Assembly: GCF_001194135.2 (NCBI RefSeq) | Contig: NC_068981.1 | Span: 9,300,391 to 9,361,812, forward strand | DNA from: Octopus bimaculoides | Lineage: Eukaryota | Direction: 5' to 3' | DNA: 61,422 nt | In this document: positions 36,621 to 50,164 of the stretch, one piece after another | Position numbering within the stretch: position 1 is the stretch's first letter | Layout of the letters: the number at the start of each line of letters is the position of its first letter | The notes under the pieces: generated by a model | Databases searched by the model: none | What the model was told of the DNA's origin: nothing | The model's input: the letters and a program-made list of their open reading frames with translations, nothing else | Translations under genes and position numbers: made by a program

Positions 36621-39574
36621 TGTGCACACGTTTTTATTAGAATACATTCTGTTCTTGCTAGATTAGAGTTGTTATATCAAATTATCAAATATGCCCTCAA
36701 ATGCTTCTTGCACCCTATTTGTTTCTGTTTTAATGTTTCACGATTATGTTATGTTTTTGTTGCAACTTTTTGCAAGTTAGATAATTTTTTTAAAAGGGTG
36801 TGACTGTAACAGCAGCTATTGGCTTGCCAGTTAACAATCGATTTCAAATATTTAATCTGACATTAGCTAATCTCTTAATCGCATTAATTCAACCAAAGTT
36901 TATAGCAAATAAAGCTAATCTCAGACAATATGCAAGACTATCACAAAGTATGTAATGTCCCAAACTATTCGATTTAGATTTCTTTAAACTGAATCTTACA
37001 TTGGTAAGAGTCAAGTTTGTAAAGATTGTTTTCCATTCTTCAAAATAGAATTTGGTCAGTAACATACTACATTGTTGTTGTATCTCTTTGTAATAATGGT
37101 TTAAATTTTCTTCTTCTGGTAGCTCTTCAAAGCAGGAATTACTCAAGTTCTGGAGTAATAGCTATTTAAAAACTAATTTGTCTTGTGTTTTATGGGTTAT
37201 AGAGCCACTAAGACAGCAATAAGCATTAACTATTACTACGTTGATCCTTAAGCATTTGGGTTTTGGTGCCTCTGATATATGGTTCCTGTTTGCAGTTTGA
37301 TAGAAGATTCACAAACTAAGTGGGAAAGACACCTTCACCAATGCAATACAACTTGTCTCCTCTCTCTGCTTATTCTACCACTACTTCAATGGCCTCTGTT
37401 CCTCTGAAATAGCAAGTTGCACACTTCAGCCACACTTTTCACGCTCCAAATACTGCAATAACGTCTTATCCTCATTTTGGCATAACATCAACCCTCTTAT
37501 CAATGTCCATCTTTCATCTTGGTATCCATCTTCTGGCGTTCCTTATCAATGTCTATCTTTCAAACATTGATATTCAACTTGATCTTCAACCATATTGTTC
37601 TCAGAGGTTTTACAACGATGAGATTACTTTCTCTTCCTGCTGGGTAAGGGAAGAAAACCAAACTATTTTTACCCCACAAGCTGGAGGTAAGATTAGTTAA
37701 CAACAATGAAATGGATTGACTCCATCACCCACTTCACCATCCTGGTACTTTTAGTGGAGTCTGGCCAGATCTCTGGTCTGAGGATAACTTGCCTCTACTG
37801 AAAACATTCATGAGTGATGTCCATCTATTGAGACAAATCTTCAATGATGACACAGTGCTGACAATAAAATGTTTGTTGATTAATTAGATCGCTACCAAGT
37901 TGGATTGAAATAACAGATGCCAACATTGAACAGCTACGTCAGGTATCACATTACTTATTGTGGCCAGAATGTGTAGCGCTGATGATGTAGTTGTTGTTGA
38001 GGTTAATGTACCCCTTCCCCAAAATTACTGGCATTCTATCAAAATTTGAAACCAATAAAAAATGCACCAAATAGAAATGGTTTTTGTAATTTGTCTTCTA
38101 AACTAGAATCTCTAATTATGTTCTTCCACTATTTTTTAATGTTTCCTCTATCAGAATTAAGATCTTTCTGAACATAAATTATTGTTATCTGAATTATTGA
38201 ATCAAGTATTTTGTTACAGTTGGATGCTCTTCTTAACAATAATCACCCAAATGTGAAGTCTGGCTTAATATCTACTTACAGTCAGCTTGATAAGAAAATA
38301 ACATATTTTGCCTAAAGGTACATAACATTGCTGCTATTAAGCAAGATTTGTTTTTCAGTTTCCAAACCAGTTGTTCACTTGAATTTCATGAAAAAAGCAT
38401 TTACTTAGACTTTTGAACTGTTAATGTCTGAAATAGCACTATTTCTTTATATCACTTATATCAAAATATCTTCAACTGTTGAATTCCTGGATAAAACACT
38501 TAAAATTCAGCCTACCTCAATAGTACCTGTGGTTCATAAAATAAGTTTAGCGAATTCTGTTGGTTGAGAAGTAACAAAATTGTATACAGCTTGAACCAAT
38601 CTATCACTTGGAAGTAATCATTCAAACTTGTAAAATCACTCCATTAACCTTCTAGTGTGTTTTGATGTGATATTCTGGCATAGCCAGTAATGTAACCTTC
38701 AGGATATATTGTATCTTACTACCCTTTTTGTTCTTGGTAAATTCAAAATTTATGACAAGACCCCATCACTAAAATACTGTTGTTTCTTTGAGTGACTAGA
38801 TGGGTAGTCCTTAGTAAATAGCACATGGTTGGCTTGTTCATATGAATGGCCAAAAGGAAGCAGGATGGCTGACGGAAATGAAAACCGTGGAAGTTTTCAA
38901 AGCAGAGAACATGACGTCTCAAGCTACGAGCAAAAGTAAAAGCCATTATGAGCTAAATTAAAAGTAGTTTTCAAAACAAGAACATGACGTCTTTAGGTAT
39001 GAGAAAAATTAAAAGACGATTAGGAAATAGCCTTTTAATTTTGCTCGTATTGGCTTTAATTTTGCTTGTAGCTCAAGCCATTGTGTTTGAACTATTCAAG
39101 CTGAAAGTTTTTATGCCTAGGATGATAACATTACTTTTATAGAATTTCTCTAAGGTGAAAGCTAGCTGGTGGTTACTGTAAGAAAGTAGGTGTGCATTAG
39201 TTCTAGTTCAATGGAAGCCATAATGGTCATTGAGAAAACAGAGAAATTCATTTTGTCAGTGTTACAAATTAAAATTAAAGTTAATGAATCTTTGATCAAA
39301 AGTTTAAAATATTTTAGCAAGCACTATGGAGTAAGGTTAAGTTTTTGGCAAGTGAGGTCTATAAGTTGATTATATTCATATTTCAAGTTAATTTCCATTC
39401 CTGCCTCCTGTTAGTAATGGTCTAAAGTAGTGGTTAATAACCTAAGAAATAACTCCTGCTTATGGGTGTTCTGAGCTCACAGTTTAAGGGAGCGCAGGAG
39501 TAGGGGTGTTCTGTGTTTAGAGTGTGACGAGTTTTAATAGAAATATTTAAAATAAGTTTAAAACATAACCCTAA

Positions 39575-40270
39575 TCCAGTGTAAGCTATGGACACATAAG
39601 AGGTGCAGCAGCATCAAAGGAAGATTAACCGGGAAGATAGCTTTCATGTGCGGCAGATGCACAGGGGCTATAAACACCACAGATGCTCAGAAAAGAGACT
39701 CCATCACATGCAAGGGGGAGAAACTAGAAGTAGTTGATAGCTTCCGCTACCTAGGTGACCAAGTTAGTAGTGGGGATGGATGTTCTGAGAGTGTTACTTC
39801 TAGAATAAGAATAGCCTGGGCAAAGTTCAGAAAGCTCCTACCCCTACTGGTGACAAAGAGCCTCTCACTCAGAGTGAAAGGTAGATTGTACTGCCATGCT
39901 TCATGACAGTGAAACATGGCCCCTGTGCTGGTGGCACGTAAAAAGCACCCACTACACTCTCGGAGTAGTTGGTGTTAGGAAGGGCATCCAGCTGTAGAAA
40001 CGCTGCCAGATCAGACTGGAGCCTGGTGCAACCTCTTGGCTTCCCAGACCCCGGTCGAACCGTCCATCCGTAGTAAGTGAAACATGGACCATGACTGCGG
40101 AGCACATGCATAGGCTCGAAAGAAATGAAGCTAGCATGATCCGCTGGATGTATAATGTCAGTGTGCATACATGACAGAATGTAAGCGCCCTGAGAGAATT
40201 GTTGGACATAAGAAGCATCAGATGTGGCATGCAAGAGAGACGTTTGTGTTGGTATGGTCACTTTGGTAAA
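39575..40270 (+). mobile_element. RTE RT fragment containing a 156-bp tail-less 3' UTR insert (39920-40075)
   Basis: RT translation on both sides. The insert is flanked by the direct repeat agtgaaacatgg (39908-39919, 40076-40087). Confidence 0.8.
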
Positions 40271-40702
40271 GGTCTTGTCATGGGAATGTGATAAATACCA
40301 AACAAAATGCATTTCAAGTGTGGTTGTCTTCTCAACTTTACTTTCATTCTCAAAGTTTAGGCATGATATAACAACAACTACGTCTCTAACATAGGGGTAG
40401 AGAAGACTGTTTTCAAACAAATAATCTATCTTCCAGTTTCATGTTGATGACTAAAATTAATTAGGATATTGCCATGGGTTTTTTATGTTGTTCAAAAATT
40501 ATTAGCCAATTACTGAAAGGTTAAGAAGATATAGACTTCTTTCCTTAATGAGTAAAAAACAAAATTGTCTTAATATCAGTTATATAATTAAAATCTGCAC
40601 CTTTGAAATCCTGTTTCTACAGAATTTTATTATTCTATGGATTTTCAAAAAACCCTGCAGAACTGAAGTCGTTTCATTAATATTTATTCAATAATATTTA
40701 CT

Positions 40703-41250
40703 TCATCATCATCATCATCGTTTAACGTCTGCTTTCCATGCTGGCATGGGTTGGACAGTTTGACTGAGGACTGATGAGCCATAAGGCTGCACCAGGCTCA
40801 ATCTGATCTGGCAAGGTTTCTACTGCTGGATGCCCCTCCTAACGCCAACCACTCTGAGAGTGTAGTGGGTGCTTTTACGTGTCACTGGCACGAGGGCCAG
40901 TCAAGCGGTTCTGGCAACACCCACGCTCAAAAGGTGTTTTTTTACGTGCTACCTGAATGGGAGCCAGTCCAGCAGCACTGGCAACGACCACACTCAAATA
41001 TTGTTTTTCATGTGCCATTAAAGCAATGATCACGCTCAAATAGTGCCTTTTACGTGCCACTGGCACGGGAGCCAATCAGCAGCCCTGGCAACGATCATGC
41101 TCGGATGGTGCTTTCAATGCTCCACTGGCACGAGTGCCAATCAGGCAGTACTGTCATCAGCCACGTCAGCGATTTTGATTTCACTTGCCTCAACAGGTCT
41201 TTGCAAGCAAAGTTTATTGTCCAATGAATGAAGGGGTACTCATAAGTGGG
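40703..41250 (-). mobile_element. RTE 3' UTR copy with ~5 repeat units
   Basis: Conserved tail and units; extends into the post-ORF region cttgcctcaacaggtctttgcaagc. Confidence 0.8.
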
Positions 41251-42217
41251 CTGGTTACGCTGTTATTATACTGATTTTAACACTATTTTTCAATAACCTC
41301 AATCTCTTGCTGATTAGAATAAATGTGATGAAATAAGATTATATTCGTCAAAATAAAATTAAATTTATAAAACCTAGAATTTCCATATAAATCAGATATT
41401 ATACAAGATAACCATATTTTGAATATCTGTTCCAGTTGAGTCTGCTATGTTACAAGCATTAAACTAGTTAGAGTTTTCAAACTTGGAACATATTTTCATT
41501 ATCTGTTTTGTAACTGGTTGTATATATTATATAGCAGCAGAATGTGATATTTAGAGAGTTAGTGTATACATTATTGACGTTAAAGAAAAGAATATGAAGA
41601 AAGTGATGTTGTGAATGTTTTTATTTGAAGTTTTTTTACTGTAACAACCATCACTTTTTGTTCATTGTGTCTGGAATGGCAAATTTAGTGGATAACATTT
41701 TCTTAAACCTTACTGAAACTGTCAGGGAGCTCCTAAATATCTATTTAACCTGGTTAATACAACAGCAAAATCCTTTTCTGTAATATTACTATCATCTAAT
41801 ATGATAAATGTAAAAAACTAATTTCTGTGTCTGTGTGTCACACTTTGACCCCACCCCTCTCTCACTAGTCAGTGACACTAAATGTGTGAGAGTAATAGTA
41901 GGCATAGAGATGGTGAGGGGATGGTAAAGACAGAGAGAAAGGAAGAGAGAGAGAGAGAGAGAGAAAGAGACAAAGAAATTTAGGGAGAGTAATGATGTTT
42001 TAGTAGTGTTGATGGTAGCAGTGGGAGTAATAAGACAGAGAGAGAGAAAGTGGGAGATGATTTACAACCTTGTTTAACCATATCTCTTTGACAGAAATTC
42101 CTGTGGCCAACATACTGAACACTATCATTTTCGTTTTATTTTTTGCTTTCTTTAATACACACACACACACACAAAATACACTTTAATTGAAATAAAGTTT
42201 CCCCAAAATTAAACATA

Positions 42218-42789
42218 TCTAATATAATAAATGTGAATGTCAGTGTGTCACACTTTTTCAACTTTAATAAATCCTTTCTACAGGAAGGAAGCACAAGGCC
42301 TCAAATTTTGGGGGAAGGGATTGTCAAAACTCAAAACCTAATGGCAGACAAAATACCTCTAAGCATTTTGCCTGGGATGCTAACAATTGTGCCAGCTCAC
42401 CGCCTTAATATAATGTAATAAATGTGAATGTCAGTGTGTCACACTTTTTCAACTTTACTCCTAGAGGCCGTAGATCACCATATCTTACCATTTTGGAATC
42501 AGGCTGACTCTGTGAGTAAATTAAAAACATTCCAGGCTGAATCCGGATCTGTAATCCTGAAATTTTGGATTCCTATGTTTTCATTACTGCGATTGTTTTC
42601 GGTGATTTTTTTTTGTTTTTTTTTTTGTTTTACATTACTTTTTGCGACGAATCTGATCCTCATTGGGATAGGACTCTGAAGGAAGCATTTGCAACAAATT
42701 CTCCAAAACAAGTCAGAGATCGGATCGCAGGTCTTCCCATTCGAGGTCAGTTGCTTAAAAGCTGTCGTATAGGGTGGCTTTTGAGCTAG
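42218..42789 (+). mobile_element. Non-autonomous Helitron with reiterated 5' end
   Basis: A|TCTAATATAATAAATG start, repeated at ~42410 and ~41795. RepHel remnant HWDRTLKEAFATNSPKQVR. Weak 3' hairpin aaaagctgtc..gggtggctttt followed by CTAG|T. Confidence 0.65.
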
Positions 42790-42889
42790 TTTCACATATT
42801 TTAAAATCTTCAGTTTTCAGACAGAAGAAGTGTGGGGAGGGAGAAGGCATCTACAAATGCTAATCAATAAAATACAAAGTAAATCTACA

Positions 42890-43440
42890 ATATGACATCA
42901 TATATTTGCTGCTGTATGACATCATGGTTTTGTCAGTAGAAGTCATTGTACAATTGCTGACAAAACACGTTCTATATTATTAGCTGGCATCAACAAACAG
43001 CATGTATTTGCTTGCATGAGGCATTTTATATTAGCAGAAATGAACAAACATTATGTATTGGATGGCACAAGACATTATATATTTGCCTACATCAAAGACA
43101 GCATATTTTCTGTGCTGAGACATCATATATTTGCTGTTACAAAACATCATATCGTTATTGTTACGAGAGATCAGTTATTGTGTGCCATGAGATGTCATAT
43201 ATTTCCTGTTAACAAACTACATATAGAACCTGCCATGAAACCTCATCTATTTGCTAGCACATTTACTTCTGTGATATCTCGTGCATTTACCAGCATCAGG
43301 CAGCTTCTGTTTCCTTACACAATACCTCACTTGTGTGCTGGCCTCAGGCATCATTTATCTGTTGCCTTGAGACATCATGTAATTGCTACCATTGGACATT
43401 ATATATTTACCAGCTTGAAACACAATGTCTTTGCTTATCC
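42890..43440. repeat. Degenerate 24-nt tandem repeat (~20 units)
   Basis: Consensus approximately (a/t)tgagacatcatatatttgctg(t/c)(t/c); ORF 43016-43516 shows 8-aa periodicity. Confidence 0.8.
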
Positions 43441-44748
43441 AACTTACTGGACCTGTGGACTGCTCATAAGCATTCAAGTTACTGTCTATATGTTGTATAT
43501 ATTCAAACAGAGCTGACTAAGTCTACTCAATATCAACCACTTAATGGATATATATATAATGTGTTATATACACTAAACAGCCTACAGCATGGAATACACA
43601 CACACATACACACACACACGGCTTTTTATTTATTTAGTATCACATGCAGGTTTTTTATGACACATTATAGTTTCTCACAGGGGAATCACTAAATTGACTT
43701 CCTCTCACACTCACCTGAGGGCACAAAACCTTACATTTCCAGGACTGGAGGAAATAGGGAGAACACAAGTGAAGGAGAAAATCTCTTATGTTGACTTGAA
43801 GCCAGTTTCCTGCCTCTTTTCCTCAAAAACTTCTGTTTTACAGTTTGATAGATCTTGTAGATTACAGCCTGCTTCTGCTCTTGTTGAGTAGACTGAGAAA
43901 ATTTATGTCAGAGTGGTAGTTACTTTCAATAATACTACATACATTTGCTACCCTTTCTTTATTTTCAGCAATGCTGTCTAGGAATTTCGTTCAGATGCTG
44001 ATTTTGTTGGACTTTTTCTCAATCAATACCTCACCATTTTCTAAGAAGTTCTTTTACCTGAATGGATCTTGTAATAATTATGAATTCATTACTTTTTCGT
44101 AACAAGTAGACTATATTTAATCATTGAGACATTTGTAGAATTGTCACAAATAAATTTGAATATTCAATGTATATTCTTTATGAATAACAATTTCTTCTGA
44201 TACATCATTTTGCTCCAAATTACAGTTGAGTTTTACATTTTACACACACAAACATGCGTGTATATCATTCACATGGTAGTGTGTGAATAATATTCTTAAG
44301 GTCAAATTTTGCTCACTTGCGGCCAATTTCACACTTTACCACTAATTCAGTTTCAGCTCAATCTTAATTCATTTTTTTTGCACTATGATGGACCCATTGG
44401 TAAGCTACATTTTCACATAAAATAATCGAAATTTGGTTCAGTAGAAAAAAAAATTATAATAAAAAGTGTAGGGCCAAAAATGGGGGAGTAACGCCTGATA
44501 TTTACTTTGATTCATAATTTCTTAGTTATTTGAAAAGCAAATTATGCTTTAATTATATATTTTAAAAAGACCTCAATGAGTCGAAGTTTTTTGGGGAAAA
44601 CCCCATTAAAAGATATTAGATAGAAAAACAAGTTATTGCAATTTTAAGTGATGAAAAAAAAAAAACGTGATAATTTGTTTCTAACTTTTACTCAATTTTA
44701 ATTTGTTTTTGCACTATGATGGGGCAGTGGTAAGCTATTGTGTGTGTA

Positions 44749-44787
<39 letters not shown>

Positions 44788-45083
44788 GATTGATGTTATT
44801 TGTGTGGCCCTAAGACTTTATTCTACTTGTTTTGTCCCTTGTCTGTTTACTCACGGTCTCGTCTTGAGCCCATCTTATGTTTTGGTCCCATTCCTGGCAT
44901 GTTTCTTGCTGGTGCCTCCAGAGTGGAAGCAATATTATCGATAATGGCCGAAATTGTGCTTTGACCCTCTGGCCGATAACTGAAGAGGAGTTGGTGACTT
45001 ATGTTTTCTGTTCGTCTGTATTTAGTATATATTCATATATTTATTTACTACATGTTTTTTTTAATTTGATATATATACATATA

Positions 45084-45906
45084 TAATCATCATCATCGAT
45101 TAATGTCCATTTTCCATGCACGCATGGGTTGGACGGTTTGACTGAGGTCTGGGGAGCCAGTGGCTGCACCAGGCTCCAATCTGATTTGGCAGAGTTTCTG
45201 CAGCTGGATGCCCTTTCTAATGCCAACCACTCCGAGAGTGTAGTGGGTGCTTTTTACATGCCACTGGCACAGGAGCCAGTACTGGCATCAGTCACGATCG
45301 GTTGGTGCTTTTTACGTGCCATTGGCACAGGAACCAGTCAGGTGGACCTAGTATCAACCATATTCGGTTGGTGCTTTTTATGTGCCATCGGCGTGGAAGC
45401 CAGCCAGGGGGCACTGGCTCCAGCTACGATATTGGTTTTACTTGACTCAACAGGTCTTCTCAGGCATATCATATTGCCTGACGCATCAGGAGTATTGTTA
45501 ACAGGGCTGGATGTACATGGCTGCGATCTCATTTTAGTTGCTGGGTCTTCTCAATCACAGCATATCACCAAAGGTCCCGGTCTCCTGTCATTGCCTCTGT
45601 CAGGCCCAATGTTCGTAGGTCATGCTTTACCATCTCATCCCATGTCTTCCTGGGTCTACCTCTTCCACAGGTTCCTTCTACAGTTAGGGAGTGGCACTTC
45701 CTCACACGGCTGTCTTCATTCATATCTAACACATGGCCATACCAGTGCAGTCGTCTCTCTTGCACACATTCAATGCTTCTTGTGCCCAACTTTCCCCTCA
45801 GAATACTTACACTCTGTCATGTTTGCACACTGACATCACGCATCCAGCAGATCATACTACCTACATTTCTTTCAAGCCTATGCATGTCCTCAGCATTCAT
45901 GGCCCA

Positions 45907-45910
<4 letters not shown>
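45084..45910 (-). mobile_element. 5'-truncated RTE LINE (ORF2 end + 3' UTR)
   Basis: QERRLHWYGHV..RGRPRKTWDEMVKHDLRTLGLTEAMTGDRDLW is contiguous with the repeat-bearing 3' UTR and tail, showing that the SINE-like copies are LINE 3' ends. Confidence 0.88.
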
Positions 45911-45966
<56 letters not shown>

Positions 45967-46214
45967 TAAAATAACGTTGACCACTAACGTGGACAATTAA
46001 TGTGCTAGAAATAGATCACATCTTGTGTCTATTAAGACCTAAATTGCTCTCAGCATGAAATATAGCAGTATACCAAAACGTAAGCAGGCAAGACATTTAA
46101 AATCACCTTAAAAAAACACTATTAAACAGGTACCGGTTTCGGATTTAACAAATCTTACCGATTGTCCATTCCTCTTCAGCCTGATTTGTAATGTAATATA
46201 TGATGTGAATTAGA

Positions 46215-46230
46215 ATACATTACTAATGAT

Positions 46231-46263
<33 letters not shown>

Positions 46264-46280
46264 GATCATTAGTAATGTAT
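46215..46280. repeat. Palindrome: perfect 18-bp inverted arms around (TA)14
   Basis: atacattactaatgatcc (46215-46232) and ggatcattagtaatgtat (46263-46280). Confidence 0.9.
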
Positions 46281-46299
46281 CCAACAGAAAAGATGTTTT

Positions 46300-46720
46300 T
46301 CTGTATGTCCTGTTAAACATGCTCAGTGATACACATTAACCGCTTATAGTGTTTTCCAGACCGGAGTACATGTTTATGCGCACACCCAAAGACAAAAATT
46401 ACTGTCAATGCTATTTGAAATTTTTACTCCACGTATCAATCTTATGATTCATACAATTTGGTTTGCTTTTGTGATATAAGACATCTGGAGATATTTATTG
46501 CATAGTATTCACTCTGTCAGATATTACGAATATGTGAATGGGTTAGTCCATGCTTTTGAAGCTCTATAGAGGCCACATGTACCCTGCAACCTCTCCCAAA
46601 ACATTCTTCTCCAAAATATCATGCAAGAGATCCCGAAGTTGCATATTAAATACTTTGTCAGTTAAATCTAGTCTGTCCTGGATAAAGTTTGTCTGTGATA
46701 CCGGTCGAGCAACCCCCCCA
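46300..46720 (-). mobile_element. Helitron Rep (HUH) domain remnant
   Basis: QDRLDLTDKVFNMQLRDLLHDILEKNVLGEVAGY then IELQKHGLTHSHI (46567-46529), matching the Helitron motif EFQKRGLPHAH. Confidence 0.8.
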
Positions 46721-48067
46721 ATTTAAAATTTTGATTCTATTTACCTTAAAGGGATCATAGTGAATTGATGAACATATGCAAATCGAAATCAGATATAGAC
46801 AAACATTAAAGTGAAAAGAATGTGTTTTACTTATGTTTACCTGAAATGAGTGTAAATAATAATTAAATGTAAATTAAATGAAGACCATTTTATGAGGAAC
46901 AAACATTAATATGTTTAATAATTATTGTTATAAAGCTTAATAAGGAGCTCAAATTTCATCCCTCCTCCCCGAATTTTAAATTTTGAACTTTTTCATCCAT
47001 TTATTTGTTTGTTTATTTATCCCTATCCATTTATTCATGTCTACATACATCTCTGCCTGTCTATATACATCTTTTTATATCCATATCTATATGCTTATTG
47101 AATTTAAAATTTTGAAAACATGGTTTCTTGCATATTTGGAATCTCTGTCATGGAAAAAAAAATATCAGAAAGGCCTGTTTGTGTGTGTGTGGGGGGGATG
47201 GGGGTGACTGTGCTAGGTCTGTCGCAGAGACGGTGAAATTTAAAAAAATTTAAATTTAGGAGAAGGAGGGGTTGAGGTGGGGATTTTAAATTTGAAAAAG
47301 GTCGTTTAAAAAAAAAAATTGGGAGTAGAGTGAAATTTGAAGTTTTTTTTTTTTTTTTTGCCTATTTGTAATCTCCAACATTTAAAATGTAGGAATCCGA
47401 AAAAATTTCTCTTAAAAAAAAATGTATTTTTCAAAGAGAGATGTGTTTCTGCATTAGCTCCAATTTTTCGATATAGGTAGGACAATGGGTTTTTTATGTT
47501 GAAGTTGATCTGATGTGCATTTCATCCACGAAACCCTAGGTTGCTGTTTTTCACAAGGGTTTTTGTGGTTTCTTTACATTATGTGTCTATCTGTAGCAAT
47601 TGCAACTTCGAAGATATTTATTAGCCATTCAAGGAAAACAAAAAGATCGTTAGATTCACTACAACATTTAATTTTCAAAGACAACTGCAGCATGGAAGAT
47701 GCTTGTAAGCCATTTAAGAACACACAAAAAAATGTAGAAGTGAATCTATCGTTTTATTGTGTGTTCTCAAATGGCTTACAATTATTTCGCACGCTGCAAT
47801 TGTTTTTGTTTCCGCACACAATCTCAGATCAAGTCACTTGCTATGCAAGTACATTTTTGTAATTTAATTTTCACTTATGTCAGAATTTTCGTTGCTTGAC
47901 CGGTAAAAAAATTTTTTGTATATTATATATTATATGTATATATTGTATATGTATGTATATCATATATATTATATGTATATATTATATATATGTATTATAT
48001 ATGTTATAAGTATGTATTATATATTATTTATATACTATGTATGTATTATACATATACTATAAGCAAC

Positions 48068-49435
48068 ATTTGAGTGCGATCGTTTCCAGCTTTGCCTTAC
48101 TGGCACTTGTGCTGGTGGCATGTGAACAAAACATTGGACTGACTCCTGTGCAGGTGGCACATAAAAAACACCATTTGAGCGTGGCTGTTGCCAGTACTGC
48201 TGGACTGGCACATATGTGGCAGATGTTCAGGAGCAATAAACACTGAAAATGTGCAGAGAGCAACTTCTGCCACATTCCAGGGAGAAAAACTAGAAGTAGT
48301 TGATAGGTTCCGTTACTTAGGTGACCAAGTCAGTAGCGGGGGAGGGTGCGCTGAAAGTGTAGCTACTAGAATAATAGCCTGGGCAAAGTTCAGAGAGCAC
48401 CTACCTCTGCTGGTGACAAAGGACCTCTTGCTCAGAGTAAAAGGTAGGCTGTATGACGCATGTGTGCGAACAGCCATGCTACATGGCAGTGAAACATGGG
48501 CCTTGACTGCTGAGAACATGTGTAAGCTCACAAGGAATGAAGCCAGTATGCTCCGATGGATGTATAATGTCAGTGTGCATACCCGACACAGTGTGAGTAT
48601 CTTGAGAGAAAAGTTAGACCTAAGAAGCATCAGTTGTGGTGTGCAAGAGAGACGATTGCACTGGTATGGTCATGTGGCAAGAATGGATGAGGATAGCTGT
48701 GTGAAAAAGTGCCACAGCCTAGCAGTTGAGGGTACCTGTGGAAGAGGTAGACCCAGGAAGACCTTGGATTAGGTGGTGAGGCACGACCTTCAAACATTAG
48801 GCCTTACCGAGGCAATGACTAGTGACCGAGACCTTTGGAAATATGCAGTGCGTGAGAAGACCCAGCAAGACAAGTGAGACCATAACCTGTGGCCTTGACC
48901 AGGGGTGTAGCCAGCCCACTAACGCATACTTTTCCTTCTTTGGACACAAAACCCTGCTTGCGAAGGCCTGTTGAGGCAAGTGAAATCGAAACTGAACCAA
49001 ATTTGATGACATCACCTGTGCCAGTGGGGCGCTAACAGCACCATCAAAGTGGGATCACTGCCAGAGGAGCGGTCTTGCTCCCATGCCGGTGGCACGTGAA
49101 AAGCACTATTTGAGTGCGATCATTTCCAGCTTCACCTTACTGGCACTTGTGCCGGTGGTGTGTGAACAAAACATTGGACTGACTCCTGTGCAGGTGGCAC
49201 GTAAAAAACACCATTTGAGCGTGGCTGTTGCCAGTACCGCCAGACTGGCCCTCGTGCTGGTGGCACATAAAAAGTACCCACTACACTCTTGGAGTGGTTG
49301 GCATTAGGAAGGGCATCCAGCTGTAGAAACTCTGCCTGATCAGATTGGAGTGTGGTGTAGACATCCGCTTCGCCAGTCCCCAGTCAAATCGTCCAATCCA
49401 TGCTAGCATGGAAAGCGGACGTTAAATGATGACGA
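48068..49435 (+). mobile_element. 5'-truncated RTE LINE with a copy of its own 3' UTR segment at the 5' junction
   Basis: ORF 48188-48772 is the RT C-terminus; the 3' UTR and tail run to ~49435. 48068-48209 is a direct repeat of 49108-49249. Confidence 0.88.
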
Positions 49436-49469
49436 TATATGTATATATATATAGACATACATATTGTGT

Positions 49470-49870
49470 ACTCTTTACTCTTTTACTTGTTTCAGTCATT
49501 TGACTGTGGCCATGCTAGAGCACCGCCTTTAGTCAAGCAAATCAACCCCAGGACTTATTCTTTAGATGCCTAGTACTTATTCTATCAGGCTCTTTTGCCG
49601 AACCGCTAAGTTACGGGGACCTAAACACGCCACCATTGGTTGTCAAGCGATGTTGGGGGGGACACAGACACACACATACATATAATCCGTCTACTAAATC
49701 CACTCAAGGCTTTGGTCGGCCCGAGGCTATAGTAGAAGACACTTGTCCAAGGTGCCATGCAGTGGGAATGAACCTGGAACTATGTGGTTCGTAAGCAAGC
49801 TACTTACCANNNNNNNNNNATGAACCTGGAACTATGTGGTTCGTAAGCAAGCTACTTACCACACAGCCAC
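49470..49870 (-). mobile_element. tRNA-derived SINE, full length
   Basis: tRNA-like head near 49870, internal (TG)n and tail gcatggccacagtcaaatgactgaaacaagtaaaagagtaaagag; contains a 10-N gap. Confidence 0.82.
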
Positions 49871-49924
49871 TCCTGTGCCTATATATGTTATATCTATTAT
49901 ATATCTATATATATAGTATCTATC

Positions 49925-49958
<34 letters not shown>

Positions 49959-50164
49959 TATCATCATCATGGGTTGGACGACTTGACTGAGGACTGGTGA
50001 AACCGGATGGCAACACCAGGCTCCAATCTAAATTTGGCAGAGTTTCTACAGCTGGATGCCCTTCCTAACGCCAACCACTCAGAGACATATATATAATATA
50101 TACATTATGTATATATATGTAATATATACACACATTATAAATGTAATATATACATACATTATAT

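Noticed and set aside
49768-49861. Tandem 42-bp duplication in the SINE
   Set aside because: The copies flank a 10-N placeholder gap, a typical unmerged contig overlap.
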